Below, in pieces: positions 1 through 9,902 of a DNA stretch of 64,000 nucleotides. Source of the stretch: Chloropicon primus (taxonomy: Eukaryota); NCBI GenBank assembly GCA_023205875.1, contig CP060758.1, positions 744,001 through 808,000 of the forward strand, written 5' to 3'. Both the position numbers and the translations under genes were made by a program. The notes under the pieces are model-generated. The model ran no database searches. It was not told the DNA's origin and was given only the letters and a program-made list of their open reading frames with translations. The first letter of the stretch is position 1. Each line of letters starts with the position of its first letter.

Positions 1-1
1 C

Positions 2-2878
2 GTCCTGCTCCCCTTGATGTACCAGGATGAGTTCAGCAGCCTCAACCTGAGTTGCCCCAAGGGAATCTTGCTGCACGGAGAGCCGGGAACGGGGAAGACC
101 ATGGTGGTGAGAGCTTTGGCCACGGAGTGCAACAAGTCAAGCCACATCAAGACGGTCTCCTTCTTCTCCCGCAAGGGGGCCGACCTGCTCGGGAAGTTTC
201 AGGGCGAGGCGGAGAGGAAGCTTCGATTGCTCTTTCAAGAGGCGCAGAAGGCTTCCCCCTCCATCATTTTTTTCGACGAGCTTGACGGGATCGCGCCGGC
301 TCGGGGGGGCAAGGTTTCGGATCAGATCCACACGAGCGTCGTGTCGACTCTCCTCAGTCTCATGGACGGCCTGGTGGACAGGGGGAAGGTCGTGGTCATA
401 GCAGCCACGAACAGGGCGGACGCCATCGACCCCGCGCTGAGGAGGCCGGGCAGGTTCGACCGGGAGATTTACTTCCCTCTCCCCGATGTGGAGCAGAGGC
501 TCAAAATTCTCGTGGCGTGCACGAGGAAGTGGGACGTGAGGCCAAGGGGCGCCGATCTGGAGAGAATGGCGGCGCTGACCGATGGCTTTGCCGGTGCTGA
601 CTTGCAAAGTCTGTGCACGAACGCTGCCTTGGCGAGGCTGAGGAGAGAGTTCCCATCAATTTTGGAAGGGGTCGAGAACAACAGGAAGATTCCAGACTTC
701 GAGTCAAGGCTGCAATCCATGGCCGTGGAGGAGAGGGACTTCATGTCCGCGTTCCAGAGCATCACAAAGGCCTGCTCTCATCGAACCGCGTCGGGAATGC
801 TGTCGTCCAGCAAACTCAAAGCAATTCCATGTTTCATCCTCGATGCCATCTGGAGACCTTTGTACGGCGCCGTCTGCACCTTCAACAGGGACATCAACCC
901 GGACGTCGTTCTGAACGCGAGGACGTCTTGGTCCTGCCCCCTGACAATCAAAAAGTACCTGGAAGAGGTTGGGGCCGTTTCCGACAGAATGATGGTAGGG
1001 GCAACCGAGGCAAAGATGATGTCCAAAGGAGGACAGTTGGCCCACGAATACGTGGCGGACACAAACATTCTTGTCTGTGGAGAGGTTTCCGCGAACGTGA
1101 TGGTTGCGGAGTCTGTGCTTTGCACCCTGTCTGGGTTTCACATCGCAAAGGTGTCTCTGCCCCAGGTCGTGCGTGAGGGTCACGAGAATGTCGCAGAGGG
1201 AATCATCAGCTTGACAAGGAAGGGGCTGAGCGCAGCAAAATCGGATCGCTTTGCCATCTATTGCCCAAACATCCATGATTGGCTGCATGCCGTCGAACCA
1301 GAGATGGAAGGGTTGGAGGAGCCCTTGGAGTGTACCCCGCCCCCTCAGGAGAATCTAGCTGTCTGGAACGCATTCATTCAAGCGTTGCACAACAAAGCGC
1401 CCAACTCCACGGTCGTGGTTATTGCGACATCAAAGGGCTCATCAGAGACCCTGCCGCCCAAGGTCCTGGGCTTCTTCCGAGATTCGAGTGGAAAAGGAAG
1501 GAGCAAGCGGATCGTAGAGACCGAAGCAATCAAGGGAAAGGGGGAATTCTTGTCCAAGTCCGCGTCAGAGTACCTGGTGTCTGTGACAAAGTTTCTGCTG
1601 AAATCCGCGGGAGACGCCCCGGAAGTCAGGAAGGAGATCCTTGAAAGCGCCAAGCCTGCAGAAAATTCGGGGGAGCAAGTGCACGCGGCCTCCGAAGGAA
1701 CAGAGAAGGAGCCACAGGATATGGATATCGCGAGAGACGTCGAGGGCCTGGAAAGCAAAGCCGCGGCTGGTGCTGAAGACGATCTTGCGGCTAGAGCAGA
1801 GGCAGATGGGACCTCCAAGGATGATGACGAGATCAGGGGAAACGAAGAGACTCCTCCCAGCTGTCTTTCCCCTGTAGAGAACAACGTCGAGGCGGTGGGT
1901 CCTGGGGACGGCGAGGTCGAGTTTTGCAAGGTTTCTTTGACTGGTGAGGCGAATGTTCAGTGCGACAAGTGCTCGGCCAGAATTCAAACAAAGTGCCTCG
2001 GGTACCTGCAAGGTGATTCCCGAACGTGGACTTGTGGGTTGTGCGTGAAGAAGCAGAAGTACCGACAAGAAGAACTGGATGAGATTCTTAGCCTTGAAGC
2101 GAAGACAATCAAGTGGATTGGGATGACCTTGTTGAAGGATCACAGGTGTGGGCTCACGCACACCAGAGGCGGGGAAGAAGATTCGAGCGACGACTCTGTG
2201 GTGTTCCTGGATATCGCAAACAACGCAAACAAGGGAAAGTACGAGCTTCTGGAGTATCTGCAGGCGGCCTCGAAATTGGCTCTTGACGAGATGTTGCAGC
2301 AACAGTCCTCCGTGGACAGTCTGGCCAAGCAGAAGGGCGTGGGAAACAAGTACTTCGTCTCGACGTCGGCGGCCTTTGCCACTGCAGACAAGATTGATTC
2401 CATTTGCTGGAACTTCAATCAATACATCGCGCAGAAGTTCCCTAAACTTGATGAAGGTGAGGAAGAGGAGGAGAAGGGCGGGGCGAAGGCCCCTGCCGAC
2501 GAGGGAGGCGAGAAGGAAAATGCAGGCGTTTCTAGGCCGACCAGGGAGGCTGCGGAGTCGGTGGACGGGACCCCCTTGCAGCCCCAAGTGTTTACTCACT
2601 CGGGTGGCGATGGCGACGAGGAGAGTGACGCAGGAACCAGAGCGCTGGTCGAGAGGGTGGCCAACCTGCTTGCGGGCCGCCTGTTCGAAGAAAGGCCGGG
2701 GCACTACGAGGAGCTTGTGGCCAAGATTCTGTGCCAAAGCTTTCGATCCATTGCAGGGTGCACTCGCGGACGACTGAGAGAGATGAACTCGTCGGCAGAG
2801 TGTGTTTTGGAAGGGGCAGAGGGCATCCTCTCCAATAGCATCGATCAGTGTTGCCTAGGAAAGCAGCCGACCTCCTGA
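2..2878 (+). CDS. ATAD2/Yta7-like AAA+ ATPase with degenerate PHD finger and bromodomain-like region (5' truncated by window edge)
   Basis: Walker A GEPGTGKT, FFSRKGADLLGKFQGEAERKLRLLF, Walker B IIFFDELDG, DQIHTSVVSTLLSLMDGL, PALRRPGRFDREIYF are typical of ATAD2. The frame is open to the window start (VLLPLMY). Confidence 0.9.
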   Translation, partial: VLLPLMYQDEFSSLNLSCPKGILLHGEPGTGKTMVVRALATECNKSSHIKTVSFFSRKGADLLGKFQGEAERKLRLLFQEAQKASPSIIFFDELDGIAPARGGKVSDQIHTSVVSTLLSLMDGLVDRGKVVVIAATNRADAIDPALRRPGRFDREIYFPLPDVEQRLKILVACTRKWDVRPRGADLERMAALTDGFAGADLQSLCTNAALARLRREFPSILEGVENNRKIPDFESRLQSMAVEERDFMSAFQSITKACSHRTASGMLSSSKLKAIPCFILDAIWRPLYGAVCTFNRDINPDVVLNARTSWSCPLTIKKYLEEVGAVSDRMMVGATEAKMMSKGGQLAHEYVADTNILVCGEVSANVMVAESVLCTLSGFHIAKVSLPQVVREGHENVAEGIISLTRKGLSAAKSDRFAIYCPNIHDWLHAVEPEMEGLEEPLECTPPPQENLAVWNAFIQALHNKAPNSTVVVIATSKGSSETLPPKVLGFFRDSSGKGRSKRIVETEAIKGKGEFLSKSASEYLVSVTKFLLKSAGDAPEVRKEILESAKPAENSGEQVHAASEGTEKEPQDMDIARDVEGLESKAAAGAEDDLAARAEADGTSKDDDEIRGNEETPPSCLSPVENNVEAVGPGDGEVEFCKVSLTGEANVQCDKCSARIQTKCLGYLQGDSRTWTCGLCVKKQKYRQEELDEILSLEAKTIKWIGMTLLKDHRCGLTHTRGGEEDSSDDSVVFLDIANNANKGKYELLEYLQAASKLALDEMLQQQSSVDSLAKQKGVGNKYFVSTSAAFATADKIDSICWNFNQYIAQKFPKLDEGEEEEEKGGAKAPADEGGEKENAGVSRPTREAAESVDGTPLQPQVFTHSGGDGDEESDAGTRALVERVANLLAGRLFEERPGHYEELVAKILCQSFRSIAGCTRGRLREMNSSAECVLEGAEGILSNSIDQCCLGKQPTS

Positions 2879-3013
2879 GTCGACTCGCCCGCCACTGTTG
2901 TTTGCTCGGTGGTTTAATAACGGTGTTGTCGTGTACCATTAGATACGAATACGGTCCAATTAAAATTATTTTCCTTTAGGTCTCCTTTAGGTCTGCGGTT
3001 TCCATGCCGTGCC

Positions 3014-3740
3014 CTACTTCGAACCGCCTTTGGCCGAAGCCCTCTGCATGACGTCCCAGTTGTAGACTCTCGCCATGGACACCTCAAGCGTGGTGATCGA
3101 GTCCCTCACGAAGTTGAGATCCTTCTCGTGATTCGCTATGTTTTGGTTCGCATTGATTTTGTTCTGCTCCAGCAAGCCCTTTGCCTCCTCCAGAGAATAT
3201 TCAACCATCACGTTAGCCCCGAGCCACAAGTACACGTTCTGCGTTCCCTTGTTGATCGTCGCCTTCGTGTAGACGTGGTCCGACAGCTCGAAGTCCACGG
3301 TGATCTGCTCGCTCGAGGACTCCTTCTCGACGAGAAGCATAACCATCTCGATGGCTTTCTCTATATGTGGCACCTTTCCGAGCATCCTCGCCCGGCTTTG
3401 CAGAAGTCTGCTCTCGAGGAGCTTGAACGTCTGGAACTTCTCCTGCAGCTGGCCGAGCACCTCGTCCGGCTTCTTATCCTGCTCCCGCGCACACAGAGCC
3501 AACAAGAGCAAAGAACTAACGCGTTAGTCGTCCGAGAGAGAGAGAGAGAGAGAGAACCAGATCTTGGACGAGAGTCCACAATAAACGAGAACGAGTGCGA
3601 GCCGAAGCGAGGAAAAGGGAGCCGCAAAATCGGACGAGAAAGCTTCCAACACGTCGTCCCACCTTCATGTACTTGTCCACATCGTCAATGAACTCCACCG
3701 GAGGGAGTTTCACCATGTTCTTCGCTTCCGACGACGCCAT
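3014..3740 (-). CDS. PFDN3: Prefoldin subunit 3 (VBP1); exons 3740-3663 and 3478-3014
   Basis: P-x-VEFIDDVD N-terminus and VYLWLGANVMVEYSLEEAK signature. GT..AG intron 3662-3479 with CTAAC branch point keeps the frame. Confidence 0.92.
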
Positions 3741-4037
3741 CCTTCTCTCTCTTCTCCCCAATTTGAAACCACAAAACCAAAATCGGCGCCTGAAGGAAAA
3801 AAAAAATATTTTCAGAGCGAGAAGCTGAGAGAGGAGAGAGGAGAGGATCCGCTTGCTTGCTTTGGCGTCCTCGCCGTGGATGGAGGGCCAATCACGGGAT
3901 GTGAATCCGGTTGAGAGGGTCTACTTGCGCAGGTAACTTCCTTCAGCAGAGCCAGGCCGTTCGATTGATTGATTGATTGGTTGGTTGATTGGTTGGTTTG
4001 GTCCTCCTCCGTCCTACCTACCTCAATAATAGTTGTG

Positions 4038-4475
4038 ATGGCTGAGGAGAGAATGGGAGACGTGGACGCGAGGGAGGTTCTGGAGAAGGTCGTGCAGTAT
4101 CGAAAGTTCCTGCACGAGAGGCTCGTTCCAGATCTGAACGACGCGGTGGAGCAGCGGTCCAAGCTGGAGGAGGAGATAGAGGACTGGAAGGGGTTGGAGG
4201 CGAGCATCTCGACCCCGACCGGGGAGGAGACAGCTCTGGTGGACTTGGGGGCGGGGGTGTTCGCGGAAGGCAGGGTGCACGATCCTCGGACGATGTACGT
4301 CTCGATAGGGTTGGGGTTCTTCGTCCAGTGCAGCGCAGAGGAGGGTCTGGGCATGGCGAGGGAGAGGGTCCAGATTCTGCAGGAGCGCAAGCTGAAGGCG
4401 GAGGACTCCATCACCTCGATTCAGGGCTCCATCAGCCTCGTCACTCAGGGCATAGAGGAGCTCAAGAGGCTCTGA
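4038..4475 (+). CDS. UXT: UXT-like prefoldin alpha subunit
   Basis: YRKFLHERLVPDL, LVDLGAGVFAEGRV, MYVSIGLGFFVQ: alpha-prefoldin beta-hairpins typical of UXT. First ATG at 4038. Confidence 0.8.
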   Translation: MAEERMGDVDAREVLEKVVQYRKFLHERLVPDLNDAVEQRSKLEEEIEDWKGLEASISTPTGEETALVDLGAGVFAEGRVHDPRTMYVSIGLGFFVQCSAEEGLGMARERVQILQERKLKAEDSITSIQGSISLVTQGIEELKRL

Positions 4476-4546
4476 GCACACACGCAGTGCTGCCCTGCCA
4501 ACGCTAATCTTATATCCAAAAGTTTGTAAACATACACGCTCCGCCT

Positions 4547-6106
4547 TCAGTACGGAAAGCAAGTAAGTCTTAGTCCGAGCCACGCCAAGTAACCCGCGAG
4601 GCAGAGCCAACCAAAAGATCTGGTCAGCCGCATCCTGAAAATGCACAGGAAGAGAACGTACAGAACGAGGATCGCGATGTCGATGATTCCATCCAAGGCA
4701 AAGCCTTCCGCCTGCACGGGCACCGGCCTGAAGCCGTTCGCCGAGCACCGGATGCCCTGGACGAGTCCGAACGCCACCAGGGCGTCGAACGTGTTTGATC
4801 CAAAGGCCTGACATATTGCGGTATCCACCTTGCCAGAGCGGCTCGCCATCACAGCCGCGAGGAGGTTGGGAAACGAGGTGCCGGCGGCGTCGAGGGTGAG
4901 CCCGACAACCTCCGGAGGTATGCCCAGAGACTTGCCAAACCTAGTGCTCATCATTCCCAGTAGCCAAGACACCGCCGCGAGCCAGCAGGTCGCCAGCAGA
5001 ACGGTCAGGAAGACGAGACCGCCCTCGTCCCAGACCGGGATGGTGAAGTGGACGATCGCGTTGAACGGAAAATTCAACACGTACAAGAGCTTGTCCAAGA
5101 AGTTTGCTCCTCTCCCGGAAGGCCAGGCCAGCAGGTGGTGCGCGCGGTACTCCTCCTCCTCTTCGCTGAGCTGAATCTCCTCGGCAATTTTCAGGGCGTC
5201 CGTTGCCAGCTTCTCGTGCGCGTTGCCCTCGTCCCTCGCCAGCTCCACCAGTCTGAAGTCCACCGCAATCTCGTTGGGCTCGTCCGGGTGGAGGGCCAGG
5301 TGGACGAGTTCCTTCTTCGAGAGGTTGGGGTGGCTGGACGCCGAGGAGGCCAGCCGAGCTGACACCTCCGGAGCAAACGAAGTAAGCAGGGGCGTGCTCG
5401 CCTCGGGCGGCGGCCCGTGACTCAGGTCCCTCACCACCGCCTCTTGGAGGGACAGGCTCCTCTTCAAGTGCGCCTTGACCTCCTCTGGGATGCCGTGCTC
5501 CATCTCTCGTACCGTTTTCTCGAAGTCCAGCACCCCGCGCTCGTCCCGGAAGATCCTCACTTCGCGCCTCCTCCTGGCCTTGGGCAGCCCCCCGTCCCGG
5601 CACTGGCACCAGGAGCCTCCGTAGCAGACGCCAACGTACGCGAGGTACAGCAAGAACATAGCCAGCGCCTCGGGCCAACTGATCACCTGGTCCCTGGTCA
5701 CCCACACAACAGTTAGGACCGACAGTGCGTAAGCATACACGTCGCGCTGAAGGAAGGTCCACGACAGTCTCAGCTGTCGTGACCTCAGTTTGGAGCGGGC
5801 CGCGAGAGCGCTAAACGCTGTGATGAGCAACACGTTGAAGTTCCAGCTTCCGGCAACGACGCCGACCCCGACCTCCGAGCGCTGCACCACTCCAGTCACC
5901 ATCGCGGTGAAGAGCTCGGGAGCGTTCAGCGCGGCGCCCAAGATCGTCGCCCCCGCGACGTCGTCCGGCACCTTGTACCTGTTGCAGAGCACACGCACCG
6001 CGGGGACGAGGCGCAGGTCGACGACGAAGTAGAAACTGTATAGGCAAAGGCAAACCCCAACACCCGTCAGCACGGCCTCCCCCGCCTCGACCTCTTCCAC
6101 TTCCAT
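4547..6106 (-). CDS. NCKX-type cation/Ca2+ exchanger (CaCA superfamily)
   Basis: Alpha-1 repeat DDVAGATILGAALNAPELF, alpha-2 repeat GLTLDAAGTSFPN...GSNTFD, two TM clusters around a large cytosolic loop. Confidence 0.88.
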   Translation of the reverse strand: MEVEEVEAGEAVLTGVGVCLCLYSFYFVVDLRLVPAVRVLCNRYKVPDDVAGATILGAALNAPELFTAMVTGVVQRSEVGVGVVAGSWNFNVLLITAFSALAARSKLRSRQLRLSWTFLQRDVYAYALSVLTVVWVTRDQVISWPEALAMFLLYLAYVGVCYGGSWCQCRDGGLPKARRRREVRIFRDERGVLDFEKTVREMEHGIPEEVKAHLKRSLSLQEAVVRDLSHGPPPEASTPLLTSFAPEVSARLASSASSHPNLSKKELVHLALHPDEPNEIAVDFRLVELARDEGNAHEKLATDALKIAEEIQLSEEEEEYRAHHLLAWPSGRGANFLDKLLYVLNFPFNAIVHFTIPVWDEGGLVFLTVLLATCWLAAVSWLLGMMSTRFGKSLGIPPEVVGLTLDAAGTSFPNLLAAVMASRSGKVDTAICQAFGSNTFDALVAFGLVQGIRCSANGFRPVPVQAEGFALDGIIDIAILVLYVLFLCIFRMRLTRSFGWLCLAGYLAWLGLRLTCFPY

Positions 6107-6487
6107 CCCCTCACCCTCCCACTCTTCACCGCGCCTCAACCTCTTCGTTCGATCGAATCGATGCCAAACGTAACGGCCGAGTTCTCGGGCCCCCCTCCGC
6201 TTTCCCTCCAGCTGCTCTAAAATGGTTCGTTTTTAGACGTCACTTTTTTGACGTCACTTTTTCCCGCGCGTTCGGCTCGAAGAGACAGAGCGATCGCGAT
6301 CGCGTCGAGAGTGGTTGGGTTGACGAGGGCGACGCGACGCGGCGACAGGGGGACGGGGCGAGGACACCGGTGGGGGAGGAGGTTGGGATCCACGACACGC
6401 CACGTTTCGTGGTGTTTCGAAAGAGTCCTTGCGCGAAAGGAGCGGCGAGGATTGGAGTAAGTTGCTTGACAGAGAGGGAGGGCGGTG

Positions 6488-8713
6488 ATGGAAGACCTGG
6501 AGGACGTCTTGCCCGCGGGGGAGGCGGAGATGGTCGCGAGGGGGATGAGCCAGGGCGACGTGCTGGTTGCGACTGGCCAGAATAAAGCTCTGAAGAGGTT
6601 GAAGAGAAGGGGGGTTCCTCTTCCTCCTGCTGAAGGGAAGGAGAACGAGGACGTGGGTGGTTCGAAGGAGGAGGAAGCCTTGGCGGTCTCGAAAATGTCT
6701 TTGGACGGCGCCGAGGAGGGGGGGGAGAAGGAGGTCGAGGACGAGGAGCCAGCGGAGGAGAAGGGGGCGAGCGTCAAGCCTGGCGTATCGGGGGGGGGCG
6801 ACATGGTGGACCTGATGGCCGACTGGGAGGAGGGCCTCGCCGACCTCGAGGACGAGGAGGAGCCGGAGGAGCTGGTCGAGTTCTTGCGGCTGGAAAGGGG
6901 AGTGGAGGACTCCAAGGCAGCGTCCCTGTCCGGCAGCGGTGAGCAGGCCAAAAGCGAGGGAAGGGGGGGTGAGGAAGCCCAGTCGGACGTTTCGAGCCCC
7001 TCCGGTGAGGAGGCCAAGGACGACGGTCCCGAGGAGGACGACGACGCAGAGATCGCTTTCGATACGGAGCACGATGCCAACGCCCAGAGGGACATGATTG
7101 CCGACGCCGAGAGGGAAAGGATCGGCAAGGGGTTCAACCCGGACATCAAGCCCATGTCGTCTATTCTGGAAAAGATCAACCTGAGAGTGCAGCAGGCCGC
7201 GATGGCCAAGCCCGCGGCCGCGGAGCCGACCGAGGAAGCGGAGGAGGGGCTCAAGTTCAGCGATTTTGCGGACAAGATTATGAACATCAAGCCCACGGAC
7301 AGCACCGGCGACGTGATCAACGTCGAGGAGCCAGCGAAAGAGGAGGACGAGGAGGAGGAGGGCGGCAAGGGGACCGATGAGGGGCCCGAGGCATCGGCGG
7401 GCGCTGAGGAGGACGAGGCGGAAGACGCTGAGGAGATGGAGAGCGAGGACGCGGACCAGGGGGGGGAGGAGAAGAAGAGGAAGACCAACGAAATTCGCTT
7501 GGCAGCGAAAGAACCAGAACCAGAACCTGAACCTGAGCCCGAGGAGGACGAGCTCCAGTCCGAAGAGGAGGAGGAGGAGGAGGAGGAGTCCGAGACCGAG
7601 GAGTCCGAGACCGAGGTGGAAGAGGAGGAGGAGCAGGCGAACGGGTTCACCTGGGAGGAGGACGAGCCCCTGCCGGATGAGCTGGAAGCTGAGCTGGAGG
7701 GGGAAAAGGCCAAGGAGAAGGCAGCTGGAGGCGAAGGCGAAGGCACGGCGTTGAAGAAGAAGCTGCCCAAGGTCAACAGAGGGTTCGTGGAGGACGAGGC
7801 CGAGCTCAGTGACGACGAGGGCCACCTCCACGAGGACGAGAATGGGGAGGAAATGGATGACGAGGACGATGATGGGAAAGACTTGGAGGACCTGATCGAC
7901 AACAGGAAGATTCGCGAGAGCGATGACAGGGTAAGGAAGCGGACGAAGCTCCACCAGAACTGGATCAACGAGAAGGAGGACGAGGACCTGGAGGAGTTAG
8001 TTCACGCCGTTGAGACTGGGTTCCGGAAGAAGAGGAAGGGGCTCGCCGGCGAGGAGGACGAGGGAAACGACAGGGATGCCAGAAGGAGGAGAGCCGACCT
8101 TGCTGATTTGGGAGGCGACGATCAGGATCTCGAGAGGATCTTCGATGCAAAGATGATTGAAGAGAACGACATGTCGGATGGAGAGGTGGAGATGATCGAG
8201 GCGGCGTACAAGCGCAGGAACCAGAGGCTTGCGGAAAAGAAGCAAAGGGAGAAGGAGAAGGAAAAGGCGTCCGAGTCGGTTCAGAACAACCTCATATCTC
8301 ACGAGGCCCTCGCGTCCATTATTCCAAGGGATGCAGCCGTGGAGATGCCTGCGGCGGCAGACGTGAAGGCGAAGAGAATGTTCATCCCTCGGGACGCTGC
8401 CGTGGGAAGGGTAGAGGAGGAGGAAGAATCTGCGGTCGTATCGAAAACCTCTTTCCTGAGCAGTACCCTTCAGTACAGTAAACGGACGTTGGTTTCGAGT
8501 CGCAAATCTTTCGTGTTCGGCCAGAAGAAGACTGAAGTTGCTGGGGAGGGAAAGAGCGTTGCCACGGAGAAAACCCAGATGCCCAAGAAGGTGGACAGTC
8601 TCCTAAGGTCCAGCTCGCTCGTGAAGCTTCTGAACACCAAGTCGAAGAAGAATCAAGGGAGCGCTCTTGGGACTCAAACTGCCCTTGACTTGTCGAGGAT
8701 CATCAACATGTGA
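6488..8713 (+). CDS. Claspin/Mrc1-like acidic replication-checkpoint protein
   Basis: Very acidic disordered protein with MRC1-like motif RGFVEDEAELSDDE...DLEDLIDN...LHQNW...GFRKKR. Confidence 0.65.
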   Translation: MEDLEDVLPAGEAEMVARGMSQGDVLVATGQNKALKRLKRRGVPLPPAEGKENEDVGGSKEEEALAVSKMSLDGAEEGGEKEVEDEEPAEEKGASVKPGVSGGGDMVDLMADWEEGLADLEDEEEPEELVEFLRLERGVEDSKAASLSGSGEQAKSEGRGGEEAQSDVSSPSGEEAKDDGPEEDDDAEIAFDTEHDANAQRDMIADAERERIGKGFNPDIKPMSSILEKINLRVQQAAMAKPAAAEPTEEAEEGLKFSDFADKIMNIKPTDSTGDVINVEEPAKEEDEEEEGGKGTDEGPEASAGAEEDEAEDAEEMESEDADQGGEEKKRKTNEIRLAAKEPEPEPEPEPEEDELQSEEEEEEEEESETEESETEVEEEEEQANGFTWEEDEPLPDELEAELEGEKAKEKAAGGEGEGTALKKKLPKVNRGFVEDEAELSDDEGHLHEDENGEEMDDEDDDGKDLEDLIDNRKIRESDDRVRKRTKLHQNWINEKEDEDLEELVHAVETGFRKKRKGLAGEEDEGNDRDARRRRADLADLGGDDQDLERIFDAKMIEENDMSDGEVEMIEAAYKRRNQRLAEKKQREKEKEKASESVQNNLISHEALASIIPRDAAVEMPAAADVKAKRMFIPRDAAVGRVEEEEESAVVSKTSFLSSTLQYSKRTLVSSRKSFVFGQKKTEVAGEGKSVATEKTQMPKKVDSLLRSSSLVKLLNTKSKKNQGSALGTQTALDLSRIINM

Positions 8714-8779
8714 AGCCTCTCGCGAACCAGCACGCACGGGTATAACCTATATAACCGTTCTCGGTTTATTTCTATGTGT

Positions 8780-8790
8780 TGTAATTTACA
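8780..8790. terminator. Back-to-back TGTAA polyadenylation signals (TGTAA-T-TTACA) between convergent genes
   Basis: TGTAA at 8780-8784 (+) and 8790-8786 (-). TGTAA is the chlorophyte poly(A) signal and also occurs after other stop codons (4525, 17296(-), 19907(-), 22560(-), 29050, 44127). Confidence 0.6.
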
Positions 8791-8823
8791 GCTAGGTACT
8801 CTATCGTCCTCGTCATCTTCAGC

Positions 8824-9528
8824 TCAAAGCAAAATCGTCAAGAGCTCCAACTCCAGATAGAGCTTCGAGTGCGGTGGAATCAGCCCTTGGACGCCCTTGG
8901 AGCCGTAAGCAAGTGAAGCTGGTATCACACAGTTTGCTTTTTCACCCACACACAACTAGAGGAGCCGGGGGGGGGGGAGGGGAAGCAAGTTTGGGTTTTG
9001 GTTAGTAAGCAGCACACAAAGTCTGCTGCCGGGCTAAACACTTACCTGTTTCACGGCCTCTTCCCAGCCCGGGACGACAGCTCCTGCTCCGAGCTTAAAC
9101 GTGAAAGGCTTCTGCCTCGCGTAAGTGCTGTCGAACACCCTCCCGTTCTCCAGCTGCAAACAAAGGCGACAACGAACAGCCACGGTCAGTACGTTGCAAG
9201 AGAGAAACCAAATGCAAGGGCGAAATCAATGCCACGACTTGCTGGCGAGACTTACCCTGCAAGTATAGTGCACCCTAACCGTCTGCCCCGTCTTTGGGTA
9301 GACATTATCCGTCCCCAGTGATTGCACCACAACTTCAACTTGTTCCTAAACCAAGTCATCCGTACACAATATGATGCGACAACAACAACAACAACAACAA
9401 GCCAAAGTGTCAATTCGTTTATCCGGGTTTAGGCACACCAATCTGGGGCAACCTGTTATGACGTATCGTATCATTCTCGAGGCCAAAAGTTCAACCTTTG
9501 TCACCTCTGTCCTTGGTTCACCTACCAT
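8824..9528 (-). CDS. FKBP12: FKBP12-type peptidyl-prolyl isomerase, 110 aa; exons 9528-9526, 9345-9256, 9153-9046, 8955-8824
   Basis: Spliced product M-EQVEVVVQSLGTDNVYPKTGQTVRVHYTCR-LENGRVFDSTYARQKPFTFKLGAGAVVPGWEEAVKQ-LCVGEKANCVIPASLAYGSKGVQGLIPPHSKLYLELELL. Three phase-0 GT-AG introns. Absent from the ORF track. Confidence 0.9.
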
Positions 9529-9902
9529 GGCAGCACCTCTCTCGTCCTTTGCCTCTCGCCTTGTTGTCCAATCCTTCTCAGGCTTGGGGGTTTGACCCTC
9601 GTCATTACATTCGCATGAAATGTTTTTGAACCCGAGAGAGAGGTGGGGGAGGAAGGCATTGAGGCATTGAGAGGGTCGAACGAAGGAGGCAGGGCGACAG
9701 GGGGCTCCAAAGGCGTCACCTTTGGCTTGCGTCCCAACTCGTGGAAGTCGGTCCAGAGGTTGTTGTCTTTCGGAAAGGAAAGAGGGAGAGAGCTCGAGGG
9801 AGGAAGGCCAAACCAAGGTTGTTGGAGAAGGTCGAGCACCACCAAAGGGAGCTTGACCGAAGGGCAAGGGAGAAGAAGGTGCACTGCAAGGGCACTGCCA
9901 AG

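Noticed and set aside
6217..7968. Long Ser-rich and Leu-rich antisense ORFs (583 and 566 aa)
   Set aside because: Reverse-complement shadows of GAG/GAC-rich codons in the acidic gene. The same applies to most nested ORFs in this GC-rich window.
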